From sequence record DRR378314_1513: DNA of 53,624 nucleotides. One strand, given 5' to 3'. Of this stretch, positions 26,838-37,064 are shown piece after piece. Below the pieces are notes generated by a model. It worked only from the letters and a program-made list of their open reading frames with translations. It did not search any database and had not been told where the DNA came from. The translations under genes and the position numbers were made by a program. Each line of letters starts with the position of its first letter. Positions within the stretch are counted from its first letter, which is position 1.

Positions 26838-29123
26838 ATGTCCAGAATTACCACCACACTTATGTCTTGTGTTAGCGTCGCCAGCTTGATCAGCATTGGC
26901 GCAATCACGTCTGTCGCCCATGCTCAGGATGCGGGCGCAGAATCGGAACGCAAATTGTCAACGGTCACTGTCACGGCAACAAAGAGAGAGCAGACCTTGC
27001 AGGAAGTTCCTGTCGCTGTCTCCGTCCTCTCGGATGAAGTCCTGAATTCTACAGGAACGGGATCCGTCGAAGCGCTGACCGACCTGACCCCCAGCCTCAC
27101 CTTCAACAAAGGCAGCAACGAAACCAACAGCTCGCTGAGCATTCGCGGTGTTGGGACATCGGTTTTCTCTGCTGCGGTTGAGCCCTCCGTTTCGGTTGTG
27201 GTGGACGAAGTCGTCATGGCACGCGCCGGCCAGGGCTTTCAGGATTTGATTGACGTTCAGCGCGTTGAAGTTCTGCGCGGCCCACAAAGCACATTGTTCG
27301 GCAAGAACGCGTCCGCGGGTGTTGTGTCGGTTACGACTCGCGGCCCTTCCGACACGCTGACTGGCGCTTTTGATACAGAGATCGCGGAAGAGGATACATC
27401 CTATGCCATCCGCGGAACGGTATCCGGCCCCATCTCCGACACTGTCGGATTCCGCCTTTCCGGATTCACAAAAGAATACGCCGGACACACACGAAATGTT
27501 GCGACAGGCGAGCGTCTGGATGGCTACGAATCCTGGGGCATTCGCGGAAAGCTGGAAGCGGAACCGACAGACAAATTGCTGCTGAGCTTCATCGCCGAAT
27601 ATCGGGAGCTGGAATCGACGCCCTCCTTGACGGTGCTCGGAAGCGAAGACCCCGCCTATATTGCCGCGATTGCCCCAGTTGTTCCCGGTGTCGAAAATAC
27701 CGCCGTGAACATCAATGGTCGCAATTACAGCCTGTCTGAACAAAGCGGCATCTCGGCAAAAGTCGAGTATGATTTCGACAATGACTTCACACTGACGTCC
27801 ATCACCGCCTATCGTGAGTGGGATTTCGAGAATAATCTCGATGTTGATGGCTTGGCGCTGGAAGATCCGGAAGTTGGGAATTTGCTGACATTCGATCTCA
27901 ATCGCGGGATTACCAATCTGGACCAGTTCAGCCAAGAGGTTCGCCTATCGTCACCTGTGATGGGCAAGGTGGACTTCATTGTCGGCGGATTTGCCTATTT
28001 CCTGAACGCAGACCGCTTTTTCGAGCGTCGCCTGGAAATCGCACTGCCTTCCTTCAGCCTTGCTCAGTCTGCTGAATTCTTTGGAAACGTTGAAACACAG
28101 AACCTCGCTGTGTTCGCGAGCGGCAACTATTACTTCAACGATCAAACTTCTCTGTTTGGTGGCGTGCGCGTGCTCAATGAGGAAATCTCATGGGATGCCT
28201 TCCGTGATCCGGCCAACGTCCTTCAACCGGGAGACTTCCCATTTGGCGGGCCGCTCGGAACCTATGCTGACTTCAATGGAAGCATCGAAGATACCGCTGT
28301 CGTTGGAAACATCGGGCTTCGCCATACGTTCTCAGAGCTTCTCAATGGCTATGTCAGCTATTCGCGGGGATACAAGGGCGGCGCCTATACAGTGGCCTTC
28401 GGTACTGTTCCCGACGCTGACCCAGTGAAACCGGAAGAATCCGATGCATTCGAAGCGGGCCTGAAATTTGTGTCTTCGGACGGAAATCTCAGCGCCAACT
28501 TTGCGGCCTTCCACACCGAGTACAAGAATTTCCAGGCGCAGGCCCAACGCCCGGGCGACATCACCTTTGAACTGACCAATGCGGGTGTCGTATCCACGCA
28601 AGGGCTTGAGGCTGAGTTTGCCGCGTCACCTACAGACCTGCTTGATCTGAATATCGGCCTGGCCTGGATCGACGCCAAGATTGACGAATTCCCCGGCGCG
28701 CCTTGCTATGCCGGACAGACCGCAGCACAGGGGTGTGTCGGCGGTATTCAGGACGTGTCTGGCGGTGAGCTTCCATACTCGCCAGACTTCCGGGTGACGT
28801 TCTTTGGTCGCCACACCGTACCGTTCGAAAGCCTGCCTTTTGACGGTTATGTTCAGGCCAGCGGCTATTGGCAGGACGAAATGAATTTCGGTCTCAGCCA
28901 AGCCCCAATCGCCCAGGCAGACTCGCGCGCCATCATAAACGCGTCCATCGGCATCACCGACAAGTCTGGTCGGTATCAGGCATCCCTATTCGTCAACAAC
29001 GTATTTGACGAGTTCTACGTAACCTCCATCACACCGTTCAATCTCTTCGGAAATGCAGTCTTCCAGACTGTTCCGAGAGACCATCAGCGCTATGCGGGCA
29101 TCCGCTTCGGCGCGAATTTCTAG
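26838..29123 (+). CDS. TonB-dependent receptor
   Basis: Signal peptide, TVTVTATKREQTLQEVP, VEVLRGPQSTLFGKNASAG, C-terminal F; AAGGA RBS before ATG 26838. Confidence 0.93.
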   Translation: MSRITTTLMSCVSVASLISIGAITSVAHAQDAGAESERKLSTVTVTATKREQTLQEVPVAVSVLSDEVLNSTGTGSVEALTDLTPSLTFNKGSNETNSSLSIRGVGTSVFSAAVEPSVSVVVDEVVMARAGQGFQDLIDVQRVEVLRGPQSTLFGKNASAGVVSVTTRGPSDTLTGAFDTEIAEEDTSYAIRGTVSGPISDTVGFRLSGFTKEYAGHTRNVATGERLDGYESWGIRGKLEAEPTDKLLLSFIAEYRELESTPSLTVLGSEDPAYIAAIAPVVPGVENTAVNINGRNYSLSEQSGISAKVEYDFDNDFTLTSITAYREWDFENNLDVDGLALEDPEVGNLLTFDLNRGITNLDQFSQEVRLSSPVMGKVDFIVGGFAYFLNADRFFERRLEIALPSFSLAQSAEFFGNVETQNLAVFASGNYYFNDQTSLFGGVRVLNEEISWDAFRDPANVLQPGDFPFGGPLGTYADFNGSIEDTAVVGNIGLRHTFSELLNGYVSYSRGYKGGAYTVAFGTVPDADPVKPEESDAFEAGLKFVSSDGNLSANFAAFHTEYKNFQAQAQRPGDITFELTNAGVVSTQGLEAEFAASPTDLLDLNIGLAWIDAKIDEFPGAPCYAGQTAAQGCVGGIQDVSGGELPYSPDFRVTFFGRHTVPFESLPFDGYVQASGYWQDEMNFGLSQAPIAQADSRAIINASIGITDKSGRYQASLFVNNVFDEFYVTSITPFNLFGNAVFQTVPRDHQRYAGIRFGANF

Positions 29124-29235
29124 GGCAGCCATCCTCCCCCATATGCTGCTGTCCGGAGATAGCTGGTGCTGCCAAATTCGGCAGTGCCAGCTATGATCCG
29201 GAAAACGATGAGAGATAAAAAGGAAGAGACACGCC

Positions 29236-30621
29236 ATGACCGCCAAAGCCTTTCTGGTTACCCTGGCCGCGGGGATGCTTGCCGGATGCGCAACTGCAGA
29301 CACTGAAATGACAGTGACTGCCCCTGAGACCCAATCCCGTCCGAACATCATCGTGATAATGGCGGACGATCTCGGTTATGGAGACCTGTCTTCCTACGGG
29401 GCTGAACTGATAAAGACCCCCAATATTGATCGGCTTGCGACGGAAGGCGTGAAGATGACGTCCTTTTATGCAGGCGCCGCCGTTTGCACGCCGTCTCGCG
29501 CCGCCTTGATGACCGGCCGCTATCCGATCCGCACGGGTGCACAGCATGTTTTCCGCGCTCAGTTCGATGATGGCATGGAGCCAGGCGAAGTCACTTTGGC
29601 GGAAATGCTCGGCGAAGCTGGCTACGCAACAGGCATGGTTGGAAAGTGGCATCTTGGCCACCAATTGGAACACTGGCCAACCAATCAAGGCTTTGATGAT
29701 TTCTATGGCGTTGCCTACTCGAACGACATGTTCCCCTTTGATCTTTTTGACGGGACAAAGCGTATCGAAAGCCCCGTGGATCAGACGACCCTGACTGCCA
29801 GGTATGCTGACGCAGCGGTCGATTTTATTGAGCAAAATGCGGATGAGCCGTTCTTTCTGTATTATGCAGAATCCTTTCCGCACATTCCCCTGTTCCACCC
29901 GCCGGCAAATGCCGGTCGGTCCGAGGCCGGAACTTATGGCGACGTTGTAGAGACGATTGATGATGCTGTTGGAGACATTCTCGATACGCTCGAACGTCTG
30001 GAGATCGAAGATAACACCCTGATCTTCTTCACCAGCGACAATGGCCCGTGGTTTGAAGGAAGCTCAGGAGATTTACGCGACCGGAAGGGAGGCACCTATC
30101 TGGGTGGTTTCCAGGTTCCCATGCTGGTTCGTTGGCCCGACAGACTGCCAGCGGGCTCGGAAACCAGCGAAATGGCAATGTCGATTGATCTCCTCCCGAC
30201 GATCGCCGCTGCGACTGGAGCAACCGCCCCAACGGACCGGACCATCGATGGACGCGACATCCTCCCCGTTCTCGAAGCCGGAGCAGCAACGCCTCATGAT
30301 GTCTTGTTCTTCTTTGACGGTAACGACATTGTTGCTGCACGGAACGCAGATTATCGTCTCGTCGTGAAAGCGTTCTATCGGAACTATCCGGTAGAGTTTC
30401 GCAACAACCCCTATCTGAAATGGTTGGAGCCGCTGCTCTTTGACATGAAAATCGACCCTGCCGAGCGCTATTCGATGGCGAGCCGAAACCCGGAGGTCGT
30501 GGCAGAACTCCTGGAGAAAATCACCGAGATGACAGAGGCCACGGCGGAGCTGCACAGGGAGCCAAATCCCATGATGCCACCGCCCGGTGCGCTGCACGGC
30601 CCTCAATTCGGCGACGAATAA
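29236..30621 (+). CDS. S1 arylsulfatase A-like, lipoprotein
   Basis: Lipobox LAGC, RPNIIVIMADDLGYGD, CTPSRAALMTGRYP, GKWHLG, SDNGP. Confidence 0.92.
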   Translation: MTAKAFLVTLAAGMLAGCATADTEMTVTAPETQSRPNIIVIMADDLGYGDLSSYGAELIKTPNIDRLATEGVKMTSFYAGAAVCTPSRAALMTGRYPIRTGAQHVFRAQFDDGMEPGEVTLAEMLGEAGYATGMVGKWHLGHQLEHWPTNQGFDDFYGVAYSNDMFPFDLFDGTKRIESPVDQTTLTARYADAAVDFIEQNADEPFFLYYAESFPHIPLFHPPANAGRSEAGTYGDVVETIDDAVGDILDTLERLEIEDNTLIFFTSDNGPWFEGSSGDLRDRKGGTYLGGFQVPMLVRWPDRLPAGSETSEMAMSIDLLPTIAAATGATAPTDRTIDGRDILPVLEAGAATPHDVLFFFDGNDIVAARNADYRLVVKAFYRNYPVEFRNNPYLKWLEPLLFDMKIDPAERYSMASRNPEVVAELLEKITEMTEATAELHREPNPMMPPPGALHGPQFGDE

Positions 30622-30625
30622 AGTA

Positions 30626-30672
30626 AGCTGAGGCTGGAATGATCGCGTTAGACGCTCACTCCAGCCTCAGCT
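30626..30672. terminator. Hairpin between convergent sulfatase and phoD genes
   Basis: AGCTGAGGCTGGA ... TCCAGCCTCAGCT perfect 13-bp stem. Confidence 0.65.
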
Positions 30673-30684
30673 CAATCATGCCCG

Positions 30685-32217
30685 TCACATATCGCTGGTG
30701 CGGATGTCGATATCCGTCGAAACTGGAGAGTCCGCACGCCCGGAATCTTCCGCTACCCGGAACTCGCCGCGGCAATTGTCCTTCGTGAAGGTCGCGCGCA
30801 GATAGCCTCGCTGCTTCCCATTCAGGTGCGCCACGTGCGGATTGGCGTCGCGCATGATTTCCATGTCACGGGCCCACGGGCAGTAGGACGAGATCGGCCC
30901 TCCGACCAGTTCGTGGCCAATGCGTTTTGAGGTCGTATCGAACGGATCCTCGTGAATGGTGGACGCCATGGCCGTGTGCCAATCCCCGGTCAGGAACACG
31001 GGGTTGGACACATCACTGGCCAGAACCGAGTTCAACCGCTCCCGGGCAGCCGGGTATCCGTCCCAGGAATCGAGATTGGTCACGGCTCCCTCTGGTGGCG
31101 CATTGTAGCGATAGGACGTGTACCAGATCTGCGTCGCGATCACGTTGAATGGCGCATCGGACCGCTTCAGCTCTTGCGTCAGCCACGCCTCCTGCGTCTT
31201 GCCCAGCATGGTCCGGGACGGATCAAGCGCTTCCTCGCAATAGGGCTTGCGCCCATCGCCACATGGCTGGTCTGACCGGAATTGCCGCGTGTCCAGCAAG
31301 TGAATCTGCGCCGGCCCGAACACGTACTTGCCATACATCTGCAAGGCCGGTTCCATGTTGCGCAGGATTGGCGGCTGCTCAATCGGCATATGCTCATAAT
31401 ACGCCTTGAACGCCATGTACTTCCGGACCTGAAACTCCAGCGGCGTCTGCTTTTCCGGGTCCTGCGGAATCTGTGCCGCCCAGTTATTGTCGACCTCATG
31501 ATCGTCCATCGCGACGATCCACGGCGCACAGGCATGGGCCGCCTGGAGATGCGGGTCTGACCGATAGAGCGCATAACGATTGCGATAATCCCACAGCGAC
31601 GTGATCTCGTTGCCATCATGCTGGCGGACAATCTCGAACAGACGGCGCTCGCCGCCGCCGACATCGCGCATCTTCGCGCCAAGCGGACTGACGCCGCCTT
31701 CATAAATATAGTCACCCGTATGAATCACACAGTCGGGCAACCAGTCTGCCATGTCGCGATAGGCCGCATAGCGACCCGTTTCATAGTGCTGGCAATAGGC
31801 CAGCGCGATCTTGGCGGACGCATCGTCGGGGCTTGAGGTGCGTGTACGGCCGACCGGGCTTTCCTCGTCGCCATAATAGAACTGATAGAAGTATTCCCGA
31901 CCCGGCTTCAGGCCTTCAATGCGCACATGCACCGAATGCCCCTTGGCATCAGATGTCTCTGCCACACCATCCTGCAACGTGTTTCGCATGGCTTCATCTG
32001 AGCACACACGATAGCGCACTTGTGCGGAGCCAACCGGCATACCGCCCCCCTGCAGGGGCTCCGGGGCCAGGCGCGTCCAGAGGATGACGCTGTTGGGGCG
32101 CGGCGAACCGGATGCCACCCCCAATGTGAAATGAGGCTTGCCGCCTTGCGCGACCGCCATCTTGGGCAACCAGAGTGCAGCGCCAGACGACGCCAGAAAC
32201 AGTCTACGGGAAAACAT
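30685..32217 (-). CDS. phoD: Alkaline phosphatase D family, Tat-exported
   Basis: Tat signal MFSRRLFL; FTLGVASG...LWTRLAP, HTGDYIYE, DDHEVDNNW, LLDTRQFRSDQ, DSWDGYP, TGDWH. Start at ATG 32217. Confidence 0.93.
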   Translation of the reverse strand: MFSRRLFLASSGAALWLPKMAVAQGGKPHFTLGVASGSPRPNSVILWTRLAPEPLQGGGMPVGSAQVRYRVCSDEAMRNTLQDGVAETSDAKGHSVHVRIEGLKPGREYFYQFYYGDEESPVGRTRTSSPDDASAKIALAYCQHYETGRYAAYRDMADWLPDCVIHTGDYIYEGGVSPLGAKMRDVGGGERRLFEIVRQHDGNEITSLWDYRNRYALYRSDPHLQAAHACAPWIVAMDDHEVDNNWAAQIPQDPEKQTPLEFQVRKYMAFKAYYEHMPIEQPPILRNMEPALQMYGKYVFGPAQIHLLDTRQFRSDQPCGDGRKPYCEEALDPSRTMLGKTQEAWLTQELKRSDAPFNVIATQIWYTSYRYNAPPEGAVTNLDSWDGYPAARERLNSVLASDVSNPVFLTGDWHTAMASTIHEDPFDTTSKRIGHELVGGPISSYCPWARDMEIMRDANPHVAHLNGKQRGYLRATFTKDNCRGEFRVAEDSGRADSPVSTDIDIRTSDM

Positions 32218-32344
32218 GACACTTCCTTTCATCTGAGTTCGAAAAGGGGTGGTCACCGGCAGGGGACTATTTCGCCGGTGACCAGAACCATTCGATCGGG
32301 GCTGGACATGGACCCCGCCCTCGCGGGGTCCGGCCATCGATTGG

Positions 32345-35014
32345 TTAGAACGAATACTCGTACTGGATCCAGAAGGAACGCGGCTTACCATTCCATCCGT
32401 ACTGGCGGTAATAAGCGCTGTCGTTCGGTCCGATTTCCCCACGCACGACCGCGCGATCACGGCTATAGCCAGATCCGCCTGAAGCACGTTCGAAGTAATC
32501 TTCACCCAGAAGGTTCACGCCGCGGATCAGGAAGCGGTGCTGCTTCTCATCACCCATGAAGTACTGAACCGATCCGTTGAGGACAAAGTAATCACCGAAG
32601 TTCAGGTCTTCCACGACACGGTTGCCATCCTCGTCCACCATGCGGGCAAGGCTGGTTCCGGCATAGGCCCATTCCGGCCCCTGCCAGCGTGGGTTGAGTG
32701 ACAAGATCCAGCGATCGGTTGGCGTGTAGGAGACCAGACCAGACAATGTCCACTCCGGACGCTCGGACGACTGACGGAACTCAGCGCTCCCTGCCCGCCC
32801 CGGCACGACAAAGCCAAGATCGGTGGTTGTGCCGTCAAGGCGTGCCGAAACGCCGTAGACCGGGTTCGGCTCGAGCGATTCCATGTCTGTGAAGCTGAAA
32901 TCTGCCTGCCACTTGTCGAAGTCGAAGGCGACATCCAGGGTGATGCCCTCAATGTCCTGCTGGCGGATCGTATTCACTGCAACCGTTTCACCCGGATCGC
33001 TCAGGCCCGCGGCTGCCGTTCCGCAGAACTCATCGGGCGCAACAATGTTGTTGCGGTTCCGCTCAATGGTCGCCGTATCGTTGATCAGATTGTTGAACAG
33101 CGGATTGGCGACATCATTGGCATACTCAAAACATACCGCGCCGACGGCCCGGCTGGAGAACAGATTCTTGATCTCCGTTTCGAAGTAACCGATCTCGACA
33201 TTGTACGTGCCGCCAAAGATTTCACCGTCGATACCTGCACCGATGTTAAATGCGTTGACTTCCTGCGGCTGCAGGCCCGGGTTGATGTTGGACCCGGCAC
33301 CAAACGCCCCGATCTCGTCAATCTTGGGAAGGCTGTAGGATGTACCGCCCGACCCGCGCGCATAAATGCCACGGCCGAAATCCTGACGCAGACCAACTTT
33401 CCAGACGGCCTGATCGTCGAAATTGTCGTTGAAGTCCTGACGGGCCGCGAATGAGCCGCTGAAGCCGTCCAGTACCGGCATGGAGACACGCAGGTCGCCA
33501 TAGATGCCTGTGCTGGTCAGCGTCACATCACGAACACCGAAGGAGTCGTCGGAATTATCCGTGTAGCTGGTGTTCTGGATGCCGGCCACGATTTCAAGGT
33601 ACTCGTTCACAGTATAGGTCGCGCGGGCATTGATGCCGTAATCGACATAACCGGATTCACGCTGGTCCGTGGTACCGAAGCCCTTTGTCAGGCCGCCATC
33701 GCCAAAGCCAGCCGTGGACTGGATGACGTATCCCATCGGCGCGCCAATCGGGAATGGGTTTTCATGGGTGCCATAGGGCTGACCGTAGAATGGGCTGTCC
33801 GGATCCTGATTGATGTAGAATGAGCTACCGCCATTCCAGTTATCATCCGATGCGCCACCTGCACTGCCGACAGGATTGGTGACACACCCGGCGGAGAGGC
33901 CAGGAATACCGGCAGCGAAGCTTTCAAACGCAGATGCTGTCGAGAAGCCTGTGATCCCTTGATCAGCGGCAAGCGTCTGAATGTCGGCCGGCAAGTCTTG
34001 CAGGCGCGGGATCTGACAGATTTGCGCGTCAATCTCGTTATTCTTCAGCTGGGGGTCCTGATAGTGGGCCTCAACATTCAGCTTCAGCTTGTCACTGAAG
34101 CGATGCTTGAACTCACCTGTATAGATCGGGAACTCAGTGAAGTTCGGCTGGAATACAGTGCTTTGCGGGAAGGAGTCCCGGAAATCGATCGTGGTGTAGG
34201 ATGCGCCCAGCAGCAACTCGGTCTCTGGGGCGATGTCCCAGAGGTATTTGATGCCGAGGCTGTTGAAGCTGTAAGGGAATTCGTGGCGGCCGCCGAGTGC
34301 CAGCACATTGTCGCTATAGGCGGACTCATCGAACAGTTCGTGCGCGTCGGTTTCGTAGGAACGCCCGTAAACCAGAACGGAATGCTTGCCATCCTTGTCT
34401 AGCGGGAAGGACATATTGCCGTAATACTCGCGCGTCTTGAACGAACCGGCATAGACACCGAACTCACCCTTCAGTGTGCCATCCGGACGCTTCGTCTTCA
34501 CGCTGACGACACCAAGACCACCATTTGATCCGAAATACAGGCTGTTGCCGCCACGATAAACTTCAACACTTTCGATCATGCGCGGATCGATTGCCGTGGC
34601 TGGCCAAAGGTCTTCCAGTGGCGAAGAGCGATCAAAGAAAGGCGCGCCATCCACGAGGAGAAGCGTGTCGCGATCAGTACCGCCATCGATACGGATGGTA
34701 AATTCGCCTTCATCCGGCGAATAACCGATATTCGCTCCACGGATCAGGCCCGATGCAAGTTCACCGAAATTGGTGAAGCCGCCGGTCTCGATTTCGTCGG
34801 AGCTGATCAGCTGAACCTGCGTTCCGAACTCGGCAAAATCGACGGCAATATCGGATACGGAGGCATCAACGGCCTGACCTTCAACGCGGATGGTTTCAAG
34901 GCGGCGGGAGTTCTCCCCCGTCTCAGATTCTTGCGCCAGTGCAGCGGGAATCGCTGCCGTCGCCATCAGGGCACTCAACCCCACTCTCAAACTTCTGCTT
35001 GTCTCAATTCTCAT
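32345..35014 (-). CDS. TonB-dependent receptor upstream of phoD
   Basis: Signal peptide, ETIRVEG TonB box, IESVEVYRGGNSLYFGSNGGLGVV plug motif, C-terminal YEYSF. Confidence 0.88.
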   Translation of the reverse strand: MRIETSRSLRVGLSALMATAAIPAALAQESETGENSRRLETIRVEGQAVDASVSDIAVDFAEFGTQVQLISSDEIETGGFTNFGELASGLIRGANIGYSPDEGEFTIRIDGGTDRDTLLLVDGAPFFDRSSPLEDLWPATAIDPRMIESVEVYRGGNSLYFGSNGGLGVVSVKTKRPDGTLKGEFGVYAGSFKTREYYGNMSFPLDKDGKHSVLVYGRSYETDAHELFDESAYSDNVLALGGRHEFPYSFNSLGIKYLWDIAPETELLLGASYTTIDFRDSFPQSTVFQPNFTEFPIYTGEFKHRFSDKLKLNVEAHYQDPQLKNNEIDAQICQIPRLQDLPADIQTLAADQGITGFSTASAFESFAAGIPGLSAGCVTNPVGSAGGASDDNWNGGSSFYINQDPDSPFYGQPYGTHENPFPIGAPMGYVIQSTAGFGDGGLTKGFGTTDQRESGYVDYGINARATYTVNEYLEIVAGIQNTSYTDNSDDSFGVRDVTLTSTGIYGDLRVSMPVLDGFSGSFAARQDFNDNFDDQAVWKVGLRQDFGRGIYARGSGGTSYSLPKIDEIGAFGAGSNINPGLQPQEVNAFNIGAGIDGEIFGGTYNVEIGYFETEIKNLFSSRAVGAVCFEYANDVANPLFNNLINDTATIERNRNNIVAPDEFCGTAAAGLSDPGETVAVNTIRQQDIEGITLDVAFDFDKWQADFSFTDMESLEPNPVYGVSARLDGTTTDLGFVVPGRAGSAEFRQSSERPEWTLSGLVSYTPTDRWILSLNPRWQGPEWAYAGTSLARMVDEDGNRVVEDLNFGDYFVLNGSVQYFMGDEKQHRFLIRGVNLLGEDYFERASGGSGYSRDRAVVRGEIGPNDSAYYRQYGWNGKPRSFWIQYEYSF

Positions 35015-35204
35015 CGCTGGTCTCTCTCATCTAACCCCAGGGACCGCCACCATCGGCGGGTTGTGGCCGGGCGCTGGTGGGCGCTCTCTGCCACGAGGCT
35101 GCTCTAGAGCCGCAACGCGACACTTACATGAAGATTAAGAAAACATTGTATGAATGATATTTACATCGTGATGGTTTTATAATTGAGGAAAACTCATCAC
35201 GATC

Positions 35205-36002
35205 ATGCCGTCACCGGAGTTGACTATGGCCTACGAGAATGCTGCCCCGCGCCTGCAGGAAATAATCAATATCAGCAAGACCACCGCCGGGTATCTCGTC
35301 GACTGGGACGGCTGCTGCGCCCTTGGCAACACGCTCACCCCGGAAGCAGCAGCCTTCCTCCGCGCTCATCAGGATCGCGTCGCCATCGTGTCCAACAACT
35401 CAACCTGCACGCAGGAAGACTTCCAGGAGATTCTGGAGCGCGACGAAATACGACTCCCGCGCGACAAAATACGACTTGCCGGCATCGAGGCGCTACATCG
35501 CGCGACACAATTCGACAAAGGCGACACTATGGTCCTCGGGGATCCACACATGCGCGGAGTCGCCCGGAAGCTCGGATTGGGCCTCACACAGGAAGACGCC
35601 AATGTCGTGGTCCTGTTGAGAGATCGGCGCTTTACTTACCGCCGGCTGGAGCGCGCGGTGAACGCGCTCGCGAAGGGCGCCCACCTCATCGTTGCCAATC
35701 CGGACCTGACTCACCCGGCCCAGGATGGCGGCCTGAAACCCGAAACCGGCTCACTTCTCGCGGCCATTCGCGCCTGTGTGGAACCGGACGCGACAAAAAT
35801 CGACATCGTTGGCAAGCCCTCGCCGCTCATGTTTCACGAAGGTTGCCGCGCGCTCGGCCTGCCACCAGAGAAGGTCACCATGCTGGGGGACAATCCCGCG
35901 ACCGACATCGCTGGCGCGAGGGCCCTTGGCATGCAGGCGATCCTCACCTCCGCCCGGTCACCGGATGTGTTCGAGGCATTGATGGGCGTCGATGCGCGCT
36001 AG
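35205..36002 (+). CDS. HAD-IIA (NagD-like) phosphatase
   Basis: LVDWDG (motif I), VSNNS, ANPD, VGKPSP, MLGDNPATDIAGA. Confidence 0.9.
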   Translation: MPSPELTMAYENAAPRLQEIINISKTTAGYLVDWDGCCALGNTLTPEAAAFLRAHQDRVAIVSNNSTCTQEDFQEILERDEIRLPRDKIRLAGIEALHRATQFDKGDTMVLGDPHMRGVARKLGLGLTQEDANVVVLLRDRRFTYRRLERAVNALAKGAHLIVANPDLTHPAQDGGLKPETGSLLAAIRACVEPDATKIDIVGKPSPLMFHEGCRALGLPPEKVTMLGDNPATDIAGARALGMQAILTSARSPDVFEALMGVDAR

Positions 36003-36907
36003 AACCGCTTCAGCGACAACACGTCGAAGGTCTTGCGCAATGTGTCGGTCGCACGGTCATAATCAGCCAGTGCCAGCGCTGCGATCAGGGCATCCAGCAC
36101 GCACAATTGCGCGATGCGGCTGGTCATGGCCTCGGTGCGGAACTTGGTTTCCCGCGCCATCGTGAACAGCTTCACATCTGCATATGCCTGCAATGGTGAA
36201 CTTGAGAAATTCGTCACGATAATCGTCTTCGCCCCCGCATCCTTCGCCAGGCGTGTCGCCGCCAGGGTTTCATGCGTCGACCCTGAATGGGAGATGGTCA
36301 ACACGGCCACGTCGGGACCGGTGCGGGATGCGCTGATCGCCTGAACATGGCTGTCCACCACGACGCGCGCGTCCAGGCCGATGCGCAACATGCGATACTG
36401 GGCATCCTCGGCAATCGGTGCGGAAGACCCTATTCCATAGATTTCGACCCTTTTCGCAGATCGTATGATGTCGACCGCCGCCGAAACCGCATCCGCATCA
36501 AGGATCGACATCGTATCCTTCAACGCCTGCACGCCCGCATGAAACATCTTGCGGCAAACCGTGCCCGTATCATCGCCCGGCTGCAGGTCTTCATGAATGA
36601 ACTGAACCGGCTGCACAACTTCCTGTGCCAGGCTCAGTTTTAGCTGCTGAAACCCGGACAAATCCAGCTGACGACAGAAATTGATTACACTCCCATCACT
36701 CGCCCCCGTCGCCTCAGCAAGTTCGGTGACAGACATGCCGACCACTTTTCTAGGGTTTTCCAACACATAGTCAGCAATGGACCGCGTACTCGGACCCAGA
36801 GACGGATGCCTGACCCGGATACGAGTCATCACATTGTCCACTATCGCGACATCGGAACGCTTCTTAGGGGCCGATTTACGTTTTGTTTTGCTCTGCGCCA
36901 TGCGCAT
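35999..36907 (-). CDS. MurR/RpiR family regulator (HTH + SIS sugar-phosphate-binding domain)
   Basis: MSVTELAEATGASDGSVINFCRQLDLSGFQQLK, YGIGSS, ISHSGST, SRIAQLCVLD. Confidence 0.92.
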   Translation of the reverse strand: MRMAQSKTKRKSAPKKRSDVAIVDNVMTRIRVRHPSLGPSTRSIADYVLENPRKVVGMSVTELAEATGASDGSVINFCRQLDLSGFQQLKLSLAQEVVQPVQFIHEDLQPGDDTGTVCRKMFHAGVQALKDTMSILDADAVSAAVDIIRSAKRVEIYGIGSSAPIAEDAQYRMLRIGLDARVVVDSHVQAISASRTGPDVAVLTISHSGSTHETLAATRLAKDAGAKTIIVTNFSSSPLQAYADVKLFTMARETKFRTEAMTSRIAQLCVLDALIAALALADYDRATDTLRKTFDVLSLKRF

Positions 36908-36969
36908 TCCTCGAGATCGTTAGCGTTTGAGTTGAATACTACTCAAATTTTATCAAAGATATATGAATT

Positions 36970-36987
36970 CCGTAACACCAATGTCAT
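36970..36987 (+). promoter_or_regulatory. Possible Pho box upstream of phnD
   Basis: CCGTAAC-ACCA-ATGTCAT resembles the PhoB direct repeat CTGTCAT-N4-CTGTCAY. Confidence 0.35.
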
Positions 36988-37064
36988 GTCGGACTGCTAC
37001 TCAATCCTACATCAACTTCGCGCGGTCTGAACGCGCCTCACCAAGCGAGAATTGGGTTATCGAG

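Noticed and set aside
32218-32505. N-terminal extension of the phoD ORF
   Set aside because: It overlaps the TBDR 3' end; the Tat signal and an RBS-like GAAAGGAAG place the start at 32217.
35183-36199. 338-aa ORF overlapping the HAD gene, and similar long shadow ORFs (e.g. 1270-2253, 8061-9050, 26958-27935)
   Set aside because: Alternative-frame or antisense shadows of well-supported genes, expected in high-GC DNA.
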